Positions 29,088 through 39,818 of a stretch of 64,000 nucleotides of DNA are shown one piece after another. The translations under genes and the position numbers were made by a program. Source of the DNA: an uncultured Flavobacteriales bacterium (GTDB lineage: Bacteria > Bacteroidota > Bacteroidia > Flavobacteriales_D > Crocinitomicaceae); assembly GCA_963925035.1 (NCBI GenBank), contig CAWUSK010000001.1:7245-71244 (forward strand). Direction: 5' to 3'. The notes below the pieces were generated by a model. It made no database searches and was not told the origin of the DNA. It saw nothing but the letters and a program-made list of their open reading frames with translations. How positions within the stretch are numbered: position 1 is the first letter of the stretch; the number at the start of each line of letters is the position of its first letter.

Positions 29088-30950
29088 ATGAAAAAAACTT
29101 ACTTAAGCGCTCTTTTAATTGGATTAACTTCTACAGTTGGATTCTCTCAGGCAGTGCAAAAATTGAATTTAAATCACTCTTTTTCGACTGAGCAGGCTAG
29201 TGCCTCTCCGACCGTGTACAACCCAAAAGCTTTAGGTACCCAAGTTTGGTTAGATGATTTTACTACGCCAGGTAACTGGACAATTGATAATGCTGGTCAA
29301 ACGGGACCTACATTCGGATTTAACATTGACGCCACTTCTCAAAGTTGGTGGTCAGCAGCTGGAATGACAACTACTGGTAACTATGCTGAGGTTAACAATG
29401 GTAACCCAACTACTACTCCTGGGACACAAGCTCTTGCTGTCGAGTACACAATGACTACAGGGCCTTTAGACGTAATGGCACTTACTCTTGCAAACGCAGG
29501 AAGTGCAACTTCAGAGGTTATTTTACAATTTAAAGAGTTCGGTGCTAAATTTTACGATGACCAAAGAGTACAAATTAGTACAGACGGAACAACATTTACA
29601 ACTGTTAGAACTAATGCTGACTACAGTCAATTAACTTCAACGGGGGGTGCTGCATATCCAAATCCAGCTACTGTAACAGTTAACATTGCTCCTTATATTT
29701 CTGGAAATCCAACTAACGTTTATATCCGTTTTTCTTGGACTTCGCAATTTACAACTTCGACTAATGCAAATGCGTGGGTAGCTTACGGATGGTTTATTGA
29801 TGATGTTGCTTTGTATACTAAGCCAACAAATGATTTAGTTGCTAAAAACTACTTCTGGGGAACTGAGGGATTACAATATTACCAAATTCCTACAACGCAA
29901 GTTGCTCCAATTGAGTTTTCTGCAATTGCTGTAAATGATGGTGCTACGACTCAAAATGATGTAATACTTAACGTTGCTATTCCATCTGCATCATTTGCTG
30001 GAACGAGTGCCGCTGGTCTATCAATTGCTGCGAATGCACAAGACACTGCGACAACAACTGTAATGTTTACGCCTACTGCAACTATCACTTCTTATCCAAC
30101 AACTTGGAATATTTCTCAAACAGAAATTGATGATGTGCCTGCTAACAATACTTTAGCTCCTTTTACTTTCGCTGTAACAGCAAATACATATGCTGCTGAT
30201 AATAACATTGCATCTTCAACTACAAGTAATGGTGGTTTAGCATATAAGCTAGGTGCTTTGTATGATATTTGGAATGACCAAGAAGTATTTGCAATAGACG
30301 TGAAATTGAATACTGCTACTGTAAACGGTTCAATTATTAGAGGTGTTCTTTATGCTGTCCTTTATGATGATGCTGCAGGATGGGATTACATCGAAGTTGC
30401 TTCTTCTGATTACCATGATATCGTTGCTGCTGATAAAATTGGTTTCCTTACATTGGAATTAATTAATCCTTATTTGGCTACTAATTCACAGCTTACATAC
30501 ATGGCAGCTATTGAAACAGACGGCAATGGTGGAGCAACAAATGATGTAGTTATCTCTTGTGCTCAAGAAACTGAAATTCAAATTGGATTCCAAGATGAAA
30601 ACGGTGATTGGTACCAAGGATTTACTCCTAAAACAAATGCTCCAATGATTCGTTTGAACTTTGACCAAACTTTAGGATTGGATGAAAGCGAAACAGTAAC
30701 TGGAGTATCGGTTTACCCAAATCCAGCAACGGATAATATCGCTATTGATTTCAACTTAGCTAGCTCTTCTAATGTAACTATCGAGGTAGTTGATGCTGCT
30801 GGTAAAGTAGCTATCGCTAGGACATTAACTAGCCAAGCTGCTGGGAAAGCAAACGTTTCTTTTGAAACTAGCGCTTTAAACTCAGGTGTTTATTTTGTAA
30901 ACATTTCAACGGAAGCTGGTAAAGCAACTCAAAAATTCATCAAGAAATAA
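29088..30950 (+). CDS. secreted protein with type A T9SS C-terminal sorting domain; Thr/Ala-rich, function unknown
   Basis: Signal peptide MKKTYLSALLIGLTSTVGFSQA. The C-terminal ~80 aa (VSVYPNPATDNIAIDF ... GVYFVNISTEAGKATQKFIKK) matches the Por secretion tail pattern. Confidence 0.8.
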   Translation: MKKTYLSALLIGLTSTVGFSQAVQKLNLNHSFSTEQASASPTVYNPKALGTQVWLDDFTTPGNWTIDNAGQTGPTFGFNIDATSQSWWSAAGMTTTGNYAEVNNGNPTTTPGTQALAVEYTMTTGPLDVMALTLANAGSATSEVILQFKEFGAKFYDDQRVQISTDGTTFTTVRTNADYSQLTSTGGAAYPNPATVTVNIAPYISGNPTNVYIRFSWTSQFTTSTNANAWVAYGWFIDDVALYTKPTNDLVAKNYFWGTEGLQYYQIPTTQVAPIEFSAIAVNDGATTQNDVILNVAIPSASFAGTSAAGLSIAANAQDTATTTVMFTPTATITSYPTTWNISQTEIDDVPANNTLAPFTFAVTANTYAADNNIASSTTSNGGLAYKLGALYDIWNDQEVFAIDVKLNTATVNGSIIRGVLYAVLYDDAAGWDYIEVASSDYHDIVAADKIGFLTLELINPYLATNSQLTYMAAIETDGNGGATNDVVISCAQETEIQIGFQDENGDWYQGFTPKTNAPMIRLNFDQTLGLDESETVTGVSVYPNPATDNIAIDFNLASSSNVTIEVVDAAGKVAIARTLTSQAAGKANVSFETSALNSGVYFVNISTEAGKATQKFIKK

Positions 30951-30964
30951 TTCTTACGAATTAA

Positions 30965-30972
30965 TAAATTTG
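30965..30972 (+). promoter_or_regulatory. candidate -7 box TAAATTTG immediately 5' of the terminator hairpin
   Basis: Exact TAnnTTTG match directly abutting the hairpin at 30973-31001 and 33 nt upstream of the yqaA ATG. Confidence 0.3.
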
Positions 30973-31005
30973 AAAGTCGTACCGTAAAACGGTACGACTT
31001 TTTTT
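30973..31005 (+). terminator. rho-independent terminator (or leader hairpin) between the T9SS cargo gene and yqaA
   Basis: Perfect 12-bp stem aaagtcgtaccg / cggtacgacttt, loop taaaa, and a T-run that continues to 31005. The ATG of the next gene starts at 31006. Confidence 0.75.
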
Positions 31006-31431
31006 ATGGAAACACTTGAATACGGTTACATTGGATTATTTGTTGTTTGCTTTTTAGCGGCAACAATATTGCCTTTCTCATCAGAAGGAGTGCTACTTGT
31101 GTTTGTTTCTTTAGGTTACGATGTGTTTCTTAGTTTAACAATTGCATCCATTGGTAATACACTTGGAGGTATAACAAACTACGGAATCGGATTAATTGGA
31201 AATCCAGCATCCATTCAAAAATTATTTAAAACACCCGAGCGGTTTGAACGATTCAGTAAACGTATTAAAAAATACGGCGCTTCAATCACTTTACTTTCAT
31301 GGTTACCATTCATTGGTGATCCCTTGACAATTGCGCTAGGTTTTTTTCGCGTTCCGTTTATTCCTGTTGTAATCCTGATGGCAATCTCAAAAACATTACG
31401 TTATGCATTCCTTATCTTTTTAGTGAATTAA
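31006..31431 (+). CDS. YqaA family (DedA superfamily) membrane protein
   Basis: 141 aa and four hydrophobic segments, with the LAATILPFSSEGVLL motif typical of YqaA/DedA. Confidence 0.75.
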   Translation: METLEYGYIGLFVVCFLAATILPFSSEGVLLVFVSLGYDVFLSLTIASIGNTLGGITNYGIGLIGNPASIQKLFKTPERFERFSKRIKKYGASITLLSWLPFIGDPLTIALGFFRVPFIPVVILMAISKTLRYAFLIFLVN

Positions 31432-31500
31432 CAGTTTACTTAGTACTTATGCCGTTCAACTAATTCATTTTACCGATATTTGCACATAAATTGTTGAATT

Positions 31501-32505
31501 ATGTCAAAGCTTATTACACTTCATGAGTTTATCATGGACCGTCAATCCGATTTCCCTTATGCATCAGGGGAATTGTCTCGCTTATTAAGTGATATTGCGA
31601 TTGGTGCGAAAGTCGTAAGTAAAGATGTGCGAAGAGCAGGCTTAATGGAAGATATTCTTGGAGCTGAAGGAAGCACAAACATTCAAGGTGAAGAGCAACA
31701 AAAATTAGATGTAATAGCAGACAAACAATTTATTCGTGTTTTTCAAAACGGCGGTGAAGTTTGTGGAATTGCTTCTGAAGAAAATGATGACTTCATGGCG
31801 TTCGAATCTGACTTTTCAAAACAAGGAAAGTACGTTGTATTATTCGACCCTTTAGATGGTTCTTCTAATATTGATGTCAATGTATCGATAGGTACTATAT
31901 TCTCGATTTACAGGAGAAAAAGCGAAAAAGGAACATTAGCGACATTGGAAGACATGATGCAACCTGGAGATGAACAAATAGCCGCTGGCTATGTGTTATA
32001 TGGCTCTTCAACAATGTTAGTATATACAACTGGTAAAGGAGTAAATGGATTTACACTAGATCCTTCAATTGGTGAGTTTTGTTTATCTCATCCGGACATG
32101 AAAATGCCAGAAACTGGTCGTCTTTATGCAATGAATGAAGGAAACATCAATATCTGTGAAAGTGGAATTAAGGAATATATCGAAACATATTGTCAAGTGA
32201 TACATCCTGGAACAAGCAAGCCTTATTCAGGAAGATATATTGGTTCGTTAGTCGCCGATTTTCACCGTAACTTAATAAAAGGAGGAATTTATATTTACCC
32301 TGATACGACTGTTGATCCTGAAGGTAAATTGCGTTTGTTGTACGAATGTAATCCATTGGCCTTTATTGCTGAGCAAGCTGGAGGATTGGCTACAACTGGT
32401 CGTCACCGAGTGATGGCATTGCAGCCAACTAAATTGCACCAGCGCGTACCGTTCTTTGTTGGCTCAAAGAAAATGGTAGAACAAGCAATGAGCTATTTGA
32501 AATAA
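31501..32505 (+). CDS. fbp: fructose-1,6-bisphosphatase class 1
   Basis: 334 aa with [11 protein letters not shown] metal-binding motif and the GGIYIYP block. Confidence 0.95.
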   Translation: MSKLITLHEFIMDRQSDFPYASGELSRLLSDIAIGAKVVSKDVRRAGLMEDILGAEGSTNIQGEEQQKLDVIADKQFIRVFQNGGEVCGIASEENDDFMAFESDFSKQGKYVVLFDPLDGSSNIDVNVSIGTIFSIYRRKSEKGTLATLEDMMQPGDEQIAAGYVLYGSSTMLVYTTGKGVNGFTLDPSIGEFCLSHPDMKMPETGRLYAMNEGNINICESGIKEYIETYCQVIHPGTSKPYSGRYIGSLVADFHRNLIKGGIYIYPDTTVDPEGKLRLLYECNPLAFIAEQAGGLATTGRHRVMALQPTKLHQRVPFFVGSKKMVEQAMSYLK

Positions 32506-32512
32506 ATAGAAC

Positions 32513-35500
32513 ATGAATCTTAAGGAAATCAGTGCTTCCTTTTCCAAATTAAAGCAAATTGATTCTACTTCGAATCAACTGCAACTTATTGGAACTAAAT
32601 TAAAATGGTCTGGACTTGTGGGTTCATCTCGTGCTTTATGTGCATCAGCAGTTATCCAACAAACTCCTGGAAATCATATTTTTATTCTCGATGATAAAGA
32701 ACAAGCGGCTTACTTCTTAAATGATTTAGAAGGACTGCACGCTGATAATCCAAATGTCTTATTTTATCCTGCATCTTATCGTGTTCCTTATGAATCAGAG
32801 AAAACCGATAACGGAAATGTCGTTGCACGAGCTGAAGTTTTAGAGCGTGTTTCAAAAGGCAATAATACATGGATTGTAACCTATCCTCAAGCGCTTTTTG
32901 AAAAAATTCCTTCTGAAAAAAACTTAGTTAAAAGCACATTGAAAGTTGAAGTTGGCAAATCATATTCCATCGATTTTATCAATGAAACATTACTAGAAGT
33001 TGGGTTTGATAGAGTTGATTTCGTTTATGAACCAGGGCAGTTTTCCATACGTGGGGGGATTATCGATGTTTTTTCATTTGCGAACGATCATCCTTATCGA
33101 ATTGAATTTTTTGGAGATGATGTAGAAAGCATTCGAACATTTGATGCGAGTACGCAGTTGTCGGTAAATAAACACCAACATTTCAATATTGTCCCGAATA
33201 TCCAAGGAAAATTGATTCAAGAAGGAAATGTTTCGCTTTTTGACTTTCTAGGCGAAAATGTCACCGTATGGATTTCTTCAGTTGAACTCACGAAAAGCAG
33301 TATCGACCAAGAATACAAAAAAGCCGTTACGATTTATAATGGGTTAGAAACGCAAACAACGCCAACCATTCCAGCCAATTTATTTCTACATCCGACTGAC
33401 TTAAATGTGAGCTTGGATAAAGCGACCGTAATTGAGTTTGGAGCTGAACATACATTCAAGAATTCAGAGGTAATAGAATTTGACTTCAAACCTCAACCGA
33501 GTTTCAACAAGAATTTCGACATACTAACACAAGATTTAGTAGCCAGAAAAAATGCTGGATTCACCAATCTTATTTTCTCAAATCAAATTAAACAGTTGGA
33601 TCGCTTGTATCAAATTTTTGAAGATACCGAATCAGCTGTTGAATTCTCACCAGTTCACATTGCACTGCACGAAGGATTTATTTCTCCTCAAAATAAGCTG
33701 GTCTGTTACACGGACCATCAATTGTTCGAGCGATACCATCGTTTTAAACTTAAAGAAGGTTTTAGACAAGCAAAACAAGCTTTAACGCTAAAGGAATTAT
33801 ATAATTTACAACGTGGTGATTACGTAACACACATCGATCATGGAGTTGGTAAATTTTCAGGATTAGAAACAATTGATGTAAACGGAAAACCGCAAGAAGC
33901 TATTCGATTATTGTATCGCGACAATGATGTTTTATATGTAGGTATTCACTCACTGCATCGAATTTCAAAGTTCACTGGGAAAGATGGCGCTGTTCCTAAA
34001 ATGAACAAACTTGGAACACAATCATGGTCTAATTTAAAGAAGAAAACAAAAGCAAAAATCAAGGAATTAGCCTTCGATTTAATTCAATTATATGCGAAAC
34101 GAAAAAGTCAACCTGGTTTTGCTTTTCAACCCGACACCTATTTGCAAAATGAGTTGGAGGCATCTTTCATGTACGAAGACACTCCCGATCAATTAAAAGC
34201 GACAATTGCTGTTAAGGAAGACATGGAATCGCACACTCCGATGGATCGTTTGGTTTGTGGTGATGTTGGTTTTGGTAAAACTGAAATTGCAGTGCGAGCT
34301 GCGTTCAAAGCTGCAACAGATGGAAAACAAGTCGCGATTTTAGTCCCAACAACCATTCTTTCGATGCAGCATTACCGCAGTTTTAAAGAAAGATTAGCGG
34401 ATTTCCCATGCAGAGTTGATTATATCAATCGCTTTAAATCTACAAAACAAGTAACTGAAACTCTTAAAGATTTAGCTGACGGAAAAATTGATATACTTAT
34501 TGGAACACATGCAATTGCATCTGATCGCGTTAAGTTCAAAAACCTTGGTTTAATGATTATCGATGAAGAACAAAAGTTTGGTGTTTCGGTAAAAGATAAA
34601 TTAAAAACGCTTCGCGCAACGGTTGATACCTTAACCTTAACGGCAACTCCAATTCCGAGAACATTGCAATTTTCGTTGATGGGGGCGCGAGATCTAAGTA
34701 TTATCAACACGCCTCCGCCTAACCGTCAGCCTGTACTAACAGAAGTTGTTTCCTTTGACGAAGAAATGATTCGCGATGCAATTTCTTATGAAGTGAGTCG
34801 CGGTGGACAGGTGTTCTTTGTGCACAACCGATTACAAAACATTCAAGAAATTTCAGGAATGATTCAACGTTTATGCCCAGGCGTTAGAGTTGGAATTGGA
34901 CATGGACAAATGGACGGAACAAAGTTGGAGAAAATCATGTTCGATTTTATCAATCACGAATACGATGTTTTGTTGGCAACAACGATTATTGAATCAGGAA
35001 TTGACATTTCAAATGCAAATACCATCATCATCAACAATGCGCAGAACTTTGGGTTGAGTGATTTGCACCAATTAAGAGGTCGCGTTGGTCGTTCCAATAA
35101 AAAAGGTTTCTGTTACCTTATCGCACCGCCGGCAAGTGTTATGACTTCAGAAGCAAGAAAACGCTTGGAAGCTTTGGTTCAATTTTCTGATTTAGGATCT
35201 GGTTTTAACATCGCGATGAAAGATTTGGATATCCGTGGAGCGGGAAATATGTTGGGTGGCGAACAAAGTGGATTTATTGCAGACATTGGTTTTGAGATGT
35301 ATCAGAAAATCTTAAACGAAGCCATTGACGAATTGCGAGAGGGAGAGTTCAAAGAATTGTTCGAAGATCGAAACAGCGATTCGATGACTTCATTTGTGAA
35401 AGATTGTATCTTGGAAACAGACCTCGAGGTTCGTATTCCAGATGACTATGTAAATAATGTCGCTGAGCGATTGAGCCTTTACCAGCAAATGGATGGATTA

Positions 35501-35854
35501 AAAACCGAAGCGGAGTTGAGTACATTCGTAGTAGAACTTGCCGATCGATTTGGCCCGATTCCAGAGCCGGTTGAAGAACTTGTTCTATCTTTCCGTTTAC
35601 GCTGGTTAGCACAAGATTTGGGAATTGATAAATTGGTGCTTAAGTCGAATAAAATGATTGGCTATTTTATTGCTAATCCGCAATCGAAATTTTACGAATC
35701 ACCGGTGTTTACAAAAGTTTTGGATTATATGCAAAAACATCCTTTGGATGCTAAACTCAGCGAAAAAAATGACCGCCTCCGTGTAATTTATTCTAATGTG
35801 AATTCGTTAACTGAAGCATTCAACCATTTAGACAAAGTATTGAAAGTGGGCTGA
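32513..35854 (+). CDS. mfd: transcription-repair coupling factor
   Basis: 1113 aa. CarD-like region (GDYVTHIDHGVG), Walker A (GDVGFGKTE), DEEQ box, helicase C domain and TRG motif region. Confidence 0.96.
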   Translation: MNLKEISASFSKLKQIDSTSNQLQLIGTKLKWSGLVGSSRALCASAVIQQTPGNHIFILDDKEQAAYFLNDLEGLHADNPNVLFYPASYRVPYESEKTDNGNVVARAEVLERVSKGNNTWIVTYPQALFEKIPSEKNLVKSTLKVEVGKSYSIDFINETLLEVGFDRVDFVYEPGQFSIRGGIIDVFSFANDHPYRIEFFGDDVESIRTFDASTQLSVNKHQHFNIVPNIQGKLIQEGNVSLFDFLGENVTVWISSVELTKSSIDQEYKKAVTIYNGLETQTTPTIPANLFLHPTDLNVSLDKATVIEFGAEHTFKNSEVIEFDFKPQPSFNKNFDILTQDLVARKNAGFTNLIFSNQIKQLDRLYQIFEDTESAVEFSPVHIALHEGFISPQNKLVCYTDHQLFERYHRFKLKEGFRQAKQALTLKELYNLQRGDYVTHIDHGVGKFSGLETIDVNGKPQEAIRLLYRDNDVLYVGIHSLHRISKFTGKDGAVPKMNKLGTQSWSNLKKKTKAKIKELAFDLIQLYAKRKSQPGFAFQPDTYLQNELEASFMYEDTPDQLKATIAVKEDMESHTPMDRLVCGDVGFGKTEIAVRAAFKAATDGKQVAILVPTTILSMQHYRSFKERLADFPCRVDYINRFKSTKQVTETLKDLADGKIDILIGTHAIASDRVKFKNLGLMIIDEEQKFGVSVKDKLKTLRATVDTLTLTATPIPRTLQFSLMGARDLSIINTPPPNRQPVLTEVVSFDEEMIRDAISYEVSRGGQVFFVHNRLQNIQEISGMIQRLCPGVRVGIGHGQMDGTKLEKIMFDFINHEYDVLLATTIIESGIDISNANTIIINNAQNFGLSDLHQLRGRVGRSNKKGFCYLIAPPASVMTSEARKRLEALVQFSDLGSGFNIAMKDLDIRGAGNMLGGEQSGFIADIGFEMYQKILNEAIDELREGEFKELFEDRNSDSMTSFVKDCILETDLEVRIPDDYVNNVAERLSLYQQMDGLKTEAELSTFVVELADRFGPIPEPVEELVLSFRLRWLAQDLGIDKLVLKSNKMIGYFIANPQSKFYESPVFTKVLDYMQKHPLDAKLSEKNDRLRVIYSNVNSLTEAFNHLDKVLKVG

Positions 35855-35903
35855 TCAATTATCGTTGATTTCCCTAACCCGTTCTTTTTCTTAAATTTGA
35901 CTA

Positions 35904-37031
35904 ATGCCAAAAACAAAGCGCGCCATAGTTTCTGTAACGAACGATTTATTCACCGATAACCGCGTGAATAAAGTGTGTTTGTTTTTGGTAGATCAAGGTT
36001 ACACCGTTACACTTGTTGGTCGCAAACGAAAATCGAGTAGTGCACTTCCTGAACGTCCATACAAAAGTGTTCGTATGAAATTGCTTTTTGAGACAGGGGC
36101 AAAATTTTATGCAGCATACAGTTTCCGTTTGTTCTGGTATTTAATCTTTCACAAAGCAGATGTTTTAGTAGCAAATGATTTAGACACTTTACTAGCAAAT
36201 TACCTCGCCAAAAAATTCAAACCTGCAGCAGAATTAGTATACGATTCTCACGAATATTTCACAGAAGTTCCAGAACTAACTTCGCGACCAAAAGTTCAAA
36301 AAATTTGGTTGAAAATCGAACGCCGTATTTTTCCTAAATTGAAAAAATGCTACACCGTTAACTCATCCATTGCAGAAATTTATCACGGGCTATACGGCAA
36401 AGAAATGAAAGTCGTTCGTAACATTTCTCCGCTTTGGAAAAGTGATAATCTCACAGATAAAAAAACGTTAGGTATTCCAGAAAACAAACCGCTAATTATT
36501 TTGCAAGGAGCTGGAATTAACATCGATCGTGGTGCGGAAGAAGCCGTAGAAGCAATGCAACATATTGATGCTGTTTTAATGATTGTTGGAGATGGTGATG
36601 TTGTTCCAGAGCTTAAAAACAGAGTAAATCGATTGAATTTAGCGGAAAAAGTGTTTTTTTTTGGTAAAAAGCCATACGACGTAATGATGAATTATACTGC
36701 ACACGCAGATTTTGGATTGACACTTGATAAGCCAACCAACTTGAATTATAAATTATCATTACCCAATAAAGTGTTCGATTATTTGCACACTTCGACGGTT
36801 GTCATTTCAAGTGAAATTAAGGAAGTTGCAGACGTAGTTCGAACGCATAAAATTGGTGAAGTACTTCCCGAAGTAAGTCCGACTTGTATTGCTGAAAAGA
36901 TAAATTCATTATTGGCTGACCCCGAAAGAATGAAACATTATAAAGCAAATTGTAAGCTTGCCGCTCAGACGGAAAATTGGGAAAATGAAACAAAAGTATT
37001 GAACGAAATTTACCCGAAAGTTGGAGAATAA
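35904..37031 (+). CDS. glycosyltransferase (GT-B fold, family 4-like)
   Basis: 375 aa. The C-terminal half has the EX7E-like region of retaining GT4 enzymes. General fold call only. Confidence 0.7.
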   Translation: MPKTKRAIVSVTNDLFTDNRVNKVCLFLVDQGYTVTLVGRKRKSSSALPERPYKSVRMKLLFETGAKFYAAYSFRLFWYLIFHKADVLVANDLDTLLANYLAKKFKPAAELVYDSHEYFTEVPELTSRPKVQKIWLKIERRIFPKLKKCYTVNSSIAEIYHGLYGKEMKVVRNISPLWKSDNLTDKKTLGIPENKPLIILQGAGINIDRGAEEAVEAMQHIDAVLMIVGDGDVVPELKNRVNRLNLAEKVFFFGKKPYDVMMNYTAHADFGLTLDKPTNLNYKLSLPNKVFDYLHTSTVVISSEIKEVADVVRTHKIGEVLPEVSPTCIAEKINSLLADPERMKHYKANCKLAAQTENWENETKVLNEIYPKVGE

Positions 37032-38133
37032 ATTCCTACATATCATTTCTTTGGATGTTCCGTTTCCGGCAGATTATGGAGGGGCAATTGACATCTATTA
37101 TCGCATTCAAGCATTGCATGAATTGGGTTATAAAATCATTTTACACTGTTGGGAATACGGACGTGGAGAACAAGAAAAATTAAAGGAAATTACACATGAA
37201 ACTCATTACTATAAACGCAATAAATCACCCCGATTCATTCTGAATAAACTACCGTTTATTGTCATTAGTCGCCAGTCAGCAAAACTGTTTGAACGGCTTT
37301 TACAAGACAATCACCCCGTTTTATTTGAAGGTATTCACACAACTTTATTACTTGACAATCCGAGATTGAATGAGCGTATGAAGATCGTTCGCATGCATAA
37401 CGTCGAACACGATTATTACACTGCTCTTTCTAAAAAAGCTTCTGGAATTAAAAAACGCTTCTACAAAAGAGAAGCAAAAAAACTCAAGCAATACGAAGCA
37501 CAACTCTCTCATGCGAATTGGATTCTTGCCATTCAAGAAAATGACAAAGCACACTTTGAAACGTTTCATAAACATGTGAAATTATTACCTGCGTCGATAC
37601 CTCCAATTTCGATAGTTCCTGTTGCAACCAAAGAAACGTATTGCTTGTTTCATGGAAATTTATCTGTTAAAGAGAATGATTCAGCTGCAAGATGGATTAT
37701 TGAAAATGCATTTTACGATGGATTAAACCTCATCATAGCAGGGAAAAATCCTTCGGAAGAATTGGTGCGATTTACCAAAGAAAAGGGCGTGCAGCTCGTT
37801 CAAAGTCCTTCTGAAGACAAAATGCAACAACTAATTTCTGAAGCGCGTGTGCATTTAATGACCACCGAACAGTCAACAGGAATTAAGTTAAAACTAATTA
37901 ACTCTTTAGCAAGCGGCGGACATGTTTTGGTGAATCCAACAATGGTTGAAGGAACGAACTTAGAATCACTTTGTACCATTTTCAACGATGCTTCTGACTG
38001 TCAGAAGCAACTTCAAAAATTAATGAAAATACCCGTTAATGTTGAACAGTTACACCAACGATTTGAAGTACTACAATCGCAATTTGACACGTATGAAAAT
38101 TGCAAAGTCTTTGATGAAATCTTAGCTAAATAA
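37021..38133 (+). CDS. glycosyltransferase-like protein (GT-B fold)
   Basis: 370 aa. N-terminus FLHIISLDVPFPADYGGAIDIY resembles GT1/GT4 family proteins. Overlaps the upstream GT gene by 11 nt. Confidence 0.6.
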   Translation: MENKFLHIISLDVPFPADYGGAIDIYYRIQALHELGYKIILHCWEYGRGEQEKLKEITHETHYYKRNKSPRFILNKLPFIVISRQSAKLFERLLQDNHPVLFEGIHTTLLLDNPRLNERMKIVRMHNVEHDYYTALSKKASGIKKRFYKREAKKLKQYEAQLSHANWILAIQENDKAHFETFHKHVKLLPASIPPISIVPVATKETYCLFHGNLSVKENDSAARWIIENAFYDGLNLIIAGKNPSEELVRFTKEKGVQLVQSPSEDKMQQLISEARVHLMTTEQSTGIKLKLINSLASGGHVLVNPTMVEGTNLESLCTIFNDASDCQKQLQKLMKIPVNVEQLHQRFEVLQSQFDTYENCKVFDEILAK

Positions 38134-39723
38134 TTACCGTAGTACATTAATTTTCTCGACTCCTGATAACGTTCCGTCTACAGTCATTTCAATAAAATAG
38201 ACACCACTATTTAAAGTTCGAATGTCTAACATACTCATTCCTTGAACAATTTTAGATGATTCTTGAAGAATAACTTGTCCCATCGTACTCACCAACTTAA
38301 CTTCCAACTCTTTACCGTTGACCAATCCTTTAATTGTTAAAAAATCTTTTGTTGGATTTGGAAAAAGCACCACGTTTAAATCACTCATCTCCTGAACCGT
38401 CGTGGTTGCGGTCAATAAATCGTTTGCAACGCACATGTCTGGAATTCCATAACCCATCTGGCCGTTTGGCATTGTAAATTGACTTGCGCTTTGACGTATC
38501 GCTTTAAAAATATCCATTGGCGTACGACTTGGATGAGCTTGCATTAAACACGCCGTTGCTCCGCACATGATCGGTGATGCGAAAGAAGTTCCGTTAGCCA
38601 AAATCACTTCTCCGGCATCATAAACAACAGCTGCATTTTCACCACGCGCAACAACATCTGGTTTTATTTGTCCATCAGCAGAAGGTCCAACAGAAGAAAA
38701 TAGTGCGTAATCTCCATTATTGTTTACCGCCCCAACACATAAAACACTATCAGCATCGCATGGAGTACTAATCGTTGACGGCCCACTGTTTCCAGCTGCA
38801 GCAACGACGGCAATACCTTTAGAAGCTGCAGTGTTCACTCCAATGGCCGCGATTGTCGTTTCCCCGTCTAAATCGAAATAAGCATGATTATCATTCTGAT
38901 CGTCAAAATCTACATAGCCTAAGGAAATGTTTGCAATGTCGATCCCTTGTTCGTCACACCGCTCCAAAGCCAATACCAAATTGAACTCTTCTTCTATTGT
39001 TTCCGTATCTGCATCTTCAGAACGATAGAGTGCAATATCTAAATCTACTGCTGTTCCGTAATAAACTATTGGCGTCGTGTTTTGCGCAACGATGCACGAA
39101 GAAACTCCTGTTCCATGTGCGCTAAATCCATAAACATTGGTGTTATTATTTACAAAATCAAATGTTTCAATTACCCTGTTATCATTGTAAATTGAATCAA
39201 AATAATCAATGTTATTCATGTTACTAAATCCCGCATCGATAACACCCAAGTATACACCTTCTCCTTGAAATCCCAAATCGTGCAAACAATCCAGGTTCAA
39301 TTGAGTTATTTGTTCGGCAGAAGCACCGTAAGAAATTGCTTTTTCCTGCATGAACTCTTCCTTTTCAATTCTTGAAACGTCTGAAGACTTGATTTCAACT
39401 GTTTTACTTATAAAGCTAAATTGTTGTTTCAATTGATCTTTTGAAATCGATACATCTACCACAGCGGCATTTAACCAGCGGGAAATAGACTTAACTTTTC
39501 CAAATTGAGACAGTTGTTTTACATACTCTGCGTTGACAGGGAAGTCTTTAAAATCAAATGGGATATTGAACTTCGTTCTTCGGTCGATAGAGCGTTGAGA
39601 AAATTGATTCAAAAAAGTTTTTGACGCAGTTCCTTTGTCTTTAAAAAAGATGATACACTGATTTTGTGCAGTACCGCACACATAAAAGAATACCGTAAAA
39701 ATGGAGAGTATTACTAGTTTCAT
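38134..39723 (-). CDS. S8 (subtilisin) family serine peptidase with type A T9SS C-terminal sorting domain
   Basis: Catalytic triad contexts GVIDAGF (Asp), HGTGVSS (His) and GTSFASPIM (Ser). Signal peptide present. C-terminal LFPNPTKDFLTIK ... GVYFIEMTV tail. Confidence 0.9.
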   Translation of the reverse strand: MKLVILSIFTVFFYVCGTAQNQCIIFFKDKGTASKTFLNQFSQRSIDRRTKFNIPFDFKDFPVNAEYVKQLSQFGKVKSISRWLNAAVVDVSISKDQLKQQFSFISKTVEIKSSDVSRIEKEEFMQEKAISYGASAEQITQLNLDCLHDLGFQGEGVYLGVIDAGFSNMNNIDYFDSIYNDNRVIETFDFVNNNTNVYGFSAHGTGVSSCIVAQNTTPIVYYGTAVDLDIALYRSEDADTETIEEEFNLVLALERCDEQGIDIANISLGYVDFDDQNDNHAYFDLDGETTIAAIGVNTAASKGIAVVAAAGNSGPSTISTPCDADSVLCVGAVNNNGDYALFSSVGPSADGQIKPDVVARGENAAVVYDAGEVILANGTSFASPIMCGATACLMQAHPSRTPMDIFKAIRQSASQFTMPNGQMGYGIPDMCVANDLLTATTTVQEMSDLNVVLFPNPTKDFLTIKGLVNGKELEVKLVSTMGQVILQESSKIVQGMSMLDIRTLNSGVYFIEMTVDGTLSGVEKINVLR

Positions 39724-39818
39724 AGGTGTAAAATACTGAGAAATAAAGTGTATAACTACAGATTAAATTTAATGCATACTTATATTGACTCGAAGGTAGT
39801 CTTCAGTGATTTATCTGT

